Assembly (NCBI GenBank): GCA_965242525.1
Contig: OZ251459.1
Location: forward strand, 3,968,001 to 4,032,000
Source of the DNA: an uncultured Candidatus Binatia bacterium
GTDB taxonomy: Bacteria; Desulfobacterota; Binatia; UBA9968; JAJDTQ01
Reading direction: 5' to 3'
DNA: 64,000 bases
Positions 58,610-64,000 of this stretch are shown piece after piece. Position numbers and translations under genes: made by a program. The notes beneath the pieces were generated by a model that saw only the letters and a program-made list of their open reading frames with translations, had not been told where the DNA came from and made no database searches. The stretch's first letter is position 1. Every line of letters starts with the position of its first letter.

Positions 58610-60010
58610 ATGCGTGACGGTTCGAGCGCCGCGTCCGCGCCTTCCGCCCGATGGACCCGCGGTCTCCACAGGGTGCGGGCCATCCGCGGCCCGGGCGGCG
58701 CGTGGGCGTTCCTGCGGTGGGCGGGCGCCGGCCTGCGGCGGGAGTTCCACCACCGGCGGGTGCATTGGCGGCGTCTGCGCCACTCGGTTCGGGGCCTCCG
58801 GATACGAGCCAGGCCGTTGCGGGCCGACGGGACGCCGGGCGGCGCGTTCCCCGCCTTCGACCTGGGAGGATACAACCCGGTGGGATGGCGGCCCGGCCCG
58901 GGCGTCGAGGCGGCCGCCCTGGGGCCCCTCCGCCTGCTGCCGCGGGGCGTCGAGGCGAGCCGCGTGGTCCGTCCGCGCAGCCTGCGCAGCCTGCGCCGGA
59001 TGCACCACCTGGAGGACGTGGCGGCGTTCCACTCCGACCCCGCGGCGCGCGCCGGCGAACTGGCCCGCCTTGCCGCGGCGGGCGTGGTGGTGCATCTGGC
59101 GGACCACGACCCGCGGCTCCGGCCGCTGCTCGGCCACGAGTTGCATGGACTGATGACGTCCGACGTGAGGGGGACCGACGCCCGCGCCCGCGAGTTGCTG
59201 AGCGTCCGCATGCGCCGGGCGGCCCTGCGCGAGCATTCCTCGTGGGCGCGTGCGCACGGCGGGGATCTGCCGCTGGTGTCGGTGCTGCTGGCCACCCGGC
59301 GACCCGGTTTCCTGCCTTGGGCGCTGGCAAGCGTGGCGCGGCAGACTTGGCCCCGGCTGGAGTTGGTCCTCGCCCTGCACGGCGAAGGGTTCGGGGATGT
59401 GGAGCCGCATGCGGCCCGACTGCCGCATCCGACGAAGGTCCTGCGGGCGCCCGCGGACGAGCCCCTCGGCGCGGTCCTCGCCGCGGGCGTCGAGGCGTCC
59501 CGCGGCGCGCTGCTGGCCAAGATGGACGACGACGACGTGTACGGCGCCGACCACCTGTGGGACCTGGTGCTCGCGCGCGAGTATTCGGGCGCGCAACTCG
59601 TGGGCAAGTGGCTGGAGTTCGTCTATCTGGCCGGGGCCCACCGCACCCTCTACTGGCGCAACCAGGGCGGCGAGCGCTGGCAGCGGTCTGCGGTGGCCGG
59701 CGGCACGCTGCTCGTCTCCCGTCCGGACCTGGAGCGCGCCGGCGGCTGGCGCAAGGCGGCGCCCGCGGGCGTCGATACGGCGCTGGCGGAGGACGTGCTT
59801 CGAGCCGGCGGGCACGTCTATCGCACCCACGCCGCGGGCTTCATGATGGTGCGGCACGGCTGCGGCCATACCTGGGACGACGGCGACGGGACCGACGGAG
59901 CGCTCCTCGCCAAGGCCGACAGCGTCCTGGACGGTTTCCGGCCGGACATGGCCGGCATCGAGGAGCCGAGCCTCCCGCACCCGGCGCTCCTTGCCCGGAG
60001 GGCGGGTTGA
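58610..60010 (+). CDS. Glycosyltransferase family 2-like protein
   Basis: PLVSVLLATRRP, QTWP..EL, AKMDDDD.YG..HL.DL, GGTL, GVD. Confidence 0.82.
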   Translation: MRDGSSAASAPSARWTRGLHRVRAIRGPGGAWAFLRWAGAGLRREFHHRRVHWRRLRHSVRGLRIRARPLRADGTPGGAFPAFDLGGYNPVGWRPGPGVEAAALGPLRLLPRGVEASRVVRPRSLRSLRRMHHLEDVAAFHSDPAARAGELARLAAAGVVVHLADHDPRLRPLLGHELHGLMTSDVRGTDARARELLSVRMRRAALREHSSWARAHGGDLPLVSVLLATRRPGFLPWALASVARQTWPRLELVLALHGEGFGDVEPHAARLPHPTKVLRAPADEPLGAVLAAGVEASRGALLAKMDDDDVYGADHLWDLVLAREYSGAQLVGKWLEFVYLAGAHRTLYWRNQGGERWQRSAVAGGTLLVSRPDLERAGGWRKAAPAGVDTALAEDVLRAGGHVYRTHAAGFMMVRHGCGHTWDDGDGTDGALLAKADSVLDGFRPDMAGIEEPSLPHPALLARRAG

Positions 60011-60190
60011 GGGGGCGCATGGAGGCCGGGCACTCGAGAAACACCATCGGGTCTTGCGGGAGGGGTTGCCGTTGATGGGCCGCATGGAGGCCGGGGACCC
60101 GCGGCCGGATCCGGTTGGGCGCAGCGTCGTCGTGGAGCCGCGGAGCGCTTCCGCGCTTTCCGTGCGGTTCGGCGTCATGGCGGGACCCAC

Positions 60191-60928
60191 ATGAAAGCGC
60201 TGGCCCGAAGAGTGCTGGCGCGGGTTCGCCTGCAGCGGCCTGCATGCCGCATGTACCGATGGCTGCGGCGGGCCGCGCGCCGCGCCCGGGGCATCGACCG
60301 GCGCATGGCCAAGCGTTACTTGGCGGAGGCGATCGAGCCGAAGCTGCACCTGGGCTGCGGCGGCCACCTGCTCGACGGATGGCTGAACTCGGACGTGCGT
60401 CTCTGGGCGCCCAACGTCCTGCGCATGGACGCATCGCGCCGGTTCCCGTTCGCGGACGACACCTTTGCCTACGTTTACTGCGAGCACGTGATCGGCAGCC
60501 TCGACGTCGAAGGGGCCGCGGCCATGCTGAGGGAGTGCTTCCGCACGCTCGCACCGGGCGGCAGGGCGCGCATCTCGACCCCGGACTTGGCGTTCCTGTC
60601 GGGTCTGTGCGAGCCGCGGGAACGCTCGGAGCCGGAGCGGCGGTACGTGGACTGGTTCAGCGCCCGGGCCGGGGCGCCGGGCAGGGACTTCGACCCGGAC
60701 CTCTACAAGAGCGTCTGGGGGTTGTGCGTCCTTTACGACGAGCCGACCTTGCGCGAGGCCATGGAAGCCGCGGGCTTCGCCGACGTAGCCCGCCGCGGCC
60801 TGAACCGGAGCGACGCCCCCGCGCTGCGCGGCTTGGCCAACGAGGGACGGATGCCGGAGGGTTTCCTCCAACTGGAGTCGTTCACGCTGGAAGGCGCCAA
60901 GCCGATGCGTTATACTCGATCCCGTTGA
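60191..60928 (+). CDS. Class I SAM-dependent methyltransferase
   Basis: KLHLGCGG..LDGWLNSD, FPFADD, EHVI, ECFRTLAPGG.ARISTPDL. Confidence 0.88.
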   Translation: MKALARRVLARVRLQRPACRMYRWLRRAARRARGIDRRMAKRYLAEAIEPKLHLGCGGHLLDGWLNSDVRLWAPNVLRMDASRRFPFADDTFAYVYCEHVIGSLDVEGAAAMLRECFRTLAPGGRARISTPDLAFLSGLCEPRERSEPERRYVDWFSARAGAPGRDFDPDLYKSVWGLCVLYDEPTLREAMEAAGFADVARRGLNRSDAPALRGLANEGRMPEGFLQLESFTLEGAKPMRYTRSR

Positions 60929-60990
60929 CGCCCCGTTCGTGGACGGGCGCGGCGGTACGGGATCGAGGGAGTCGGCAGCGAGGACACGGT

Positions 60991-61425
60991 ATGGCGAAGG
61001 GGATCCAGTCCCACGAGCGATTGACCCGGGACGAACCGGTGGAGGGGGGCTCCAACCGGAGCTTCGGCGTCGTCTTCACCGTCGTGTTCGCCGCGGTGGG
61101 CCTGTTCCCGTTGCTCCACGGCAGGCCGCCGCGCTGGTGGTGGCTGGCCGCAGGCGCTGCGGTCCTCGCGGTCACCCTGGTCAAGGCCGACCTGCTGGCG
61201 CCGTTCAACCGGGTGTGGTTCCGGTTCGGCCTGCTCCTCCACCGGGTGGTCAGCCCGGTGGTCCTGGCGCTGCTGTTCTACGCCGTGGTCGTGCCCACCG
61301 GGCTGGTCATGCGCCTCCTGGGAAGGGACCTGCTGAACCTGCGGTACGACCCGGAGGCCGAGAGCTACTGGATCCACCGTGACCCCCCGGGGCCGGACCC
61401 CGAATCGCTGAAAAACCAGTTCTGA
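60991..61425 (+). CDS. SxtJ-family membrane protein
   Basis: SNRSFG.VF, PFNR.WFRFG.LLH.VVSP, P.GL.MRLLG.D.L, SYWI.R, QF C-terminus. Confidence 0.85.
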   Translation: MAKGIQSHERLTRDEPVEGGSNRSFGVVFTVVFAAVGLFPLLHGRPPRWWWLAAGAAVLAVTLVKADLLAPFNRVWFRFGLLLHRVVSPVVLALLFYAVVVPTGLVMRLLGRDLLNLRYDPEAESYWIHRDPPGPDPESLKNQF

Positions 61426-61433
61426 GGTTCGCC

Positions 61434-61583
61434 ATGTCTTTTCTGCTCGAATTCTGGACCTTCCTGCGCACGCGCAAGAAGTACTGGCTGTTTCCGGCCA
61501 TCGTCATGATGCTCCTGCTGGGCGGGTTGCTGGTGCTGGCCCAGACCAGCGCGGTGGCGCCGATGATCTACACGATCTTCTGA
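61434..61583 (+). CDS. SxtK/DUF5989-like small membrane protein (49 aa; not in ORF track)
   Basis: MSFLLEFWTFLRTRKKYWLFPAIVMMLLLGGLLVLAQTSAVAPMIYTIF*. Confidence 0.88.
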   Translation: MSFLLEFWTFLRTRKKYWLFPAIVMMLLLGGLLVLAQTSAVAPMIYTIF

Positions 61584-61594
61584 AGCCGTGCGCG

Positions 61595-61657
61595 GAGCGT
61601 AGCGAAGACCCATCCCCCGTTCGTCCTGAGCGTAGCGAAGCGAAGTCGAAGGACGCC
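61595..61657. repeat. Solo REP family A unit between convergent genes
   Basis: CCCCGTTCGTCCTGAGCGTAGCGAAGCGAAGTCGAAGGACGC without MITE TIRs. Confidence 0.8.
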
Positions 61658-61660
61658 CCT

Positions 61661-62899
61661 TCAGTCCGGCGCCTCCCGTGGATTCCCCGGTCCGGCCGCG
61701 GCGGACAGCGCGTCCGCGACCGCGTCCGCGGCCTGCCGCGGGCAGTGCAATGCGTCGCGGCAGGCCAAGGCGCCGGACCGGTAGTGGTCGAGTCGGCCGA
61801 TGACGCGCAACATGGCGTCGGCCAGCCCCTCGGGATCCCCCACCGGCGCCGCCTCGCCGTTGACCCCCGGTCGCAGCGCCTCCGACAGGCCGCCTGCGTC
61901 CGTGGTCACCACGGGGATACCCGCTCCCGCGGCCAAGGCATGCACGCTGCTCTGGGTCCCGAACCGGTACGGCGTCACCACCAGGCTCGCGGCCGCTAGG
62001 CACGCCTTGAGGTCGGCCTGGGAATAGGGCGCCCAGACACTCCGGCAGCGCTCCCGGAAACCGAGCCTCGCCAGCCTCTCCTCCACCTCCGCGGGGTGCG
62101 TCGTCGATACGCTGGACGAAACCAGCAGCAGCCGCCAAGGGGCATGTCTGGCGTCGAGGATACGCAGGGCGGAGAGCAGGTCGTCGAGGCCCTGTTCCGC
62201 ACGGTGGTTCGACAGGAAGCCCACCACGGGCGCGCTGCCGGCCCATTGGCGCAGGCGGTCGGCCAGTTCCCGGTTGGCGGCATGACGGTCCAGCACGGGC
62301 TGGAAGTGCGGGTGGGGGAACTTGGAGAACCGTTCGTCGGGCAGGCCGTACAACCTCTGCACCGCCTCCTTCGTGTAGTCGCTCATGACCAGGACCTTCG
62401 CCGCGGCGCCATACGAACGTCCCAGCGCCGGCCTCGGCGACGACGCGGCGGATGCGCGCGCCCGGGCGCCGGCGAACCGGCCCATGCGCAGACGGCTTGG
62501 AGTCGAGTCCGTGTGGAACGGCCTGTGCGCGAGGGCCACGGACGCGATGCCGCGCCGGGCGAGGACGCGCATGGCCCAGGCGTCCACGCCGGGGAGCGCC
62601 AGGTTGGCCGTCACCAGCACCGCCTTCGACTGCAGGGCCTGGGCGTGGCGAACGGCTCGAAGCCAGTGGAACGGATAGCCGGCAAGCAGGCGCAGCGCGG
62701 TCCCCTTCCCGTCCTTCAGGGTGAAGGGCCGCCGGGCGAGCTTCAGGAACGGCGTCCAGTGGACGCCCGGGGGCGGCGGGAAAGCGCGCCTGGCAATGGA
62801 GCGGACGTGCACTTCATGCCCGTGTTCCTGCAGGACCACGGACATGAGTTCGAGGAAATGGGGGTCGGTGTTGAGGGGGTCTATCCAGAAGATTCTCAC
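61661..62899 (-). CDS. Glycosyltransferase family 4 (GT-B)
   Basis: TPY..GTQS, AGIPVVTTDAGGLSE, NG....GDPEGLADA. Confidence 0.88.
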   Translation of the reverse strand: MRIFWIDPLNTDPHFLELMSVVLQEHGHEVHVRSIARRAFPPPPGVHWTPFLKLARRPFTLKDGKGTALRLLAGYPFHWLRAVRHAQALQSKAVLVTANLALPGVDAWAMRVLARRGIASVALAHRPFHTDSTPSRLRMGRFAGARARASAASSPRPALGRSYGAAAKVLVMSDYTKEAVQRLYGLPDERFSKFPHPHFQPVLDRHAANRELADRLRQWAGSAPVVGFLSNHRAEQGLDDLLSALRILDARHAPWRLLLVSSSVSTTHPAEVEERLARLGFRERCRSVWAPYSQADLKACLAAASLVVTPYRFGTQSSVHALAAGAGIPVVTTDAGGLSEALRPGVNGEAAPVGDPEGLADAMLRVIGRLDHYRSGALACRDALHCPRQAADAVADALSAAAGPGNPREAPD

Positions 62900-62946
62900 G
62901 GTTGCGGAAACGCCTGCGTCTGCGGAAACGGATCGGGACGGGGCGC

Positions 62947-62976
62947 ATTATAGGGTCGCGCCAACGACGGTGTCAA
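62947..62976 (-). promoter_or_regulatory. Consensus sigma70 promoter for the GT4 gene
   Basis: TTGACA-18 nt-TATAAT on the minus strand. Confidence 0.75.
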
Positions 62977-63023
62977 CGAGGGGGTCCGTCCCGGGGGAAG
63001 CGGAAGCAGCGCCGCGGGCACGG

Positions 63024-63052
63024 TTGACTCCGGGGGATCCGATGCTTACCTT
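63024..63052 (+). promoter_or_regulatory. Sigma70-like promoter for the Hsp20 gene
   Basis: TTGACT-17 nt-TACCTT; AGGAGG RBS before ATG 63107. Confidence 0.6.
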
Positions 63053-63106
63053 CTCCTTCGACGAGGAGCTCCAAGGAAAGGATTTCAGCAAAGGAGGTAC
63101 GGACCA

Positions 63107-63565
63107 ATGTTGGGATATGAAGTGACGAGGTGGCATCCGTTCGTGTTTCGCGGACACCGGGACTTCGACGCCGTACTCGACCGGTTCCTGGGGCGCCGTG
63201 AGTCCAACGAAGGCTGGACGCCTCCGATGGATGCGTACGCCAGCGACGGCAAGTACGTGATCCGGCTCGACCTGCCCGGAGTGGATACGGAGGACCTGGA
63301 CGTCCAGGTGGAAGGAAGGGTCCTGACCATCAGGGGCGACCGGAAGGTCGAGACCGCGGACCATCATCTCCGGGAGACCGTCCACGGCAAGTTCGAGCGC
63401 GCCGTGAGGTTGCCCAACGGCGTCGATGCCGACCGGGTCGAGGCCCGGTACAGGAACGGCGTGGTCGAGGTCACGGCGCCGCTCCCGGCCAAGCCGGTGG
63501 GGCGCAAGGTCCCCGTCCGGAGGGAGGGCGGCGAAGCCGGGGCCGTCGAGTCCCACGACGGGTGA
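63107..63565 (+). CDS. Hsp20/alpha-crystallin small heat shock protein
   Basis: WTPPMD, DLPGV..ED..V.V....LTIRG, G.FER.VRLP..VD...V.A.YRNGV. Confidence 0.93.
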   Translation: MLGYEVTRWHPFVFRGHRDFDAVLDRFLGRRESNEGWTPPMDAYASDGKYVIRLDLPGVDTEDLDVQVEGRVLTIRGDRKVETADHHLRETVHGKFERAVRLPNGVDADRVEARYRNGVVEVTAPLPAKPVGRKVPVRREGGEAGAVESHDG

Positions 63566-63602
63566 CCCGCGGCGGACTCGCCGCGAGCCTGCCGACGGCA
63601 GC

Positions 63603-63638
63603 GAGGGGCCTCTCGAAAGAGGGGCCCCTTTTCGTTTC
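63603..63638 (+). terminator. Intrinsic terminator after Hsp20 gene
   Basis: GAGGGGCCTCTC-GAAA-GAGGGGCCCCTTTTC hairpin then T-rich tract. Confidence 0.8.
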
Positions 63639-63725
63639 CGTTCCTCCCGTTTCCGTCCCCTCCGCTTCCCGTCATTGACAAACGGGGTCGAAAAAGGGCA
63701 AAGCGGAAAGCGGGAGGTACGAGCC

Positions 63726-64000
63726 ATGAACGCAACCTGTGTCGATACGGACGGACACGTCCTCGAACGGCAGGCGGACATCCGCCCTTACCTGGACGCG
63801 CCCTGGAACGAGCGTCCCACGCCGTTGTGGCCGGGGGACCAACCGTGGGACCCCAACCTGTTCAACGGTTTCAAGATGTCGGTGAACTGGGAGGGCCTGG
63901 CGCCCGAGGAGCAGGTGCGGCGCTGGCACACGCTCATGGACAAGCAGGACATGGAAGTGGCCATCTGTTTCCCCACCGGCTCGGGCAACATCGCCAAGAA
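63726..64000 (+). CDS. Amidohydrolase family protein, 3'-truncated by window
   Basis: GGAGG RBS; MNATCVDTDGHVLE ... MDKQDMEVAICFPT, similar to 45638-46708 product. Confidence 0.8.
   Translation, partial: MNATCVDTDGHVLERQADIRPYLDAPWNERPTPLWPGDQPWDPNLFNGFKMSVNWEGLAPEEQVRRWHTLMDKQDMEVAICFPTGSGNIAK

Noticed and set aside
56955-60010. A single large GT2 gene split by the MITE at 58496
   Set aside because: Removing the MITE and one target copy gives a stop a few codons later (AKPDA*), and the downstream ORF is in another frame, so there were two genes.
60991-61583. Saxitoxin biosynthesis cluster
   Set aside because: Only the widespread SxtJ/SxtK-like membrane genes are present; no sxtA, sxtG or other core genes.

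Overview
High-GC bacterial chromosome segment. The gene order and the many luciferase-like monooxygenases, amidohydrolases and FN3 adhesin suggest a deltaproteobacterial/Binatia-like, possibly host-associated organism (inference). A housekeeping run (tilS-ftsH-folP-glmM-pdxJ-nnr-tsaE-lysC-cimA-cysE-mnmA-mtaB-rnc-purM-purN, about 9.5-26.9 kb) is flanked by accessory regions: a decayed AAA-ATPase/ISL3/DNA-methyltransferase patch (1.8-2.4 kb); a lower-GC islet with a RelE-HTH toxin-antitoxin pair and a PUA-like + HsdR_N-type nuclease fusion (5.6-8.06 kb); a ~1790-aa FN3-repeat autotransporter preceded by two poly-C tracts; tRNA-Asn; a GCS2 ligase / matrixin / OtsB / ATP-grasp cluster; and a surface-glycan cluster (sulfotransferase, four GT2, methyltransferase, SxtJ/SxtK-like, GT4). 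The most striking non-coding structure is a family of ~105-140 bp MITEs with GGAACCTCTGAACAATC-type terminal inverted repeats and 4-bp target duplications. They carry an internal REP-like palindrome, nest reciprocally with a second palindrome family (GTCATTCCCGCGAAAGCGGGAATCCA), and supply the stop codons of three genes. No CRISPR array, integrase or intact transposase was seen. All calls are from reading the sequence; no database searches were run.
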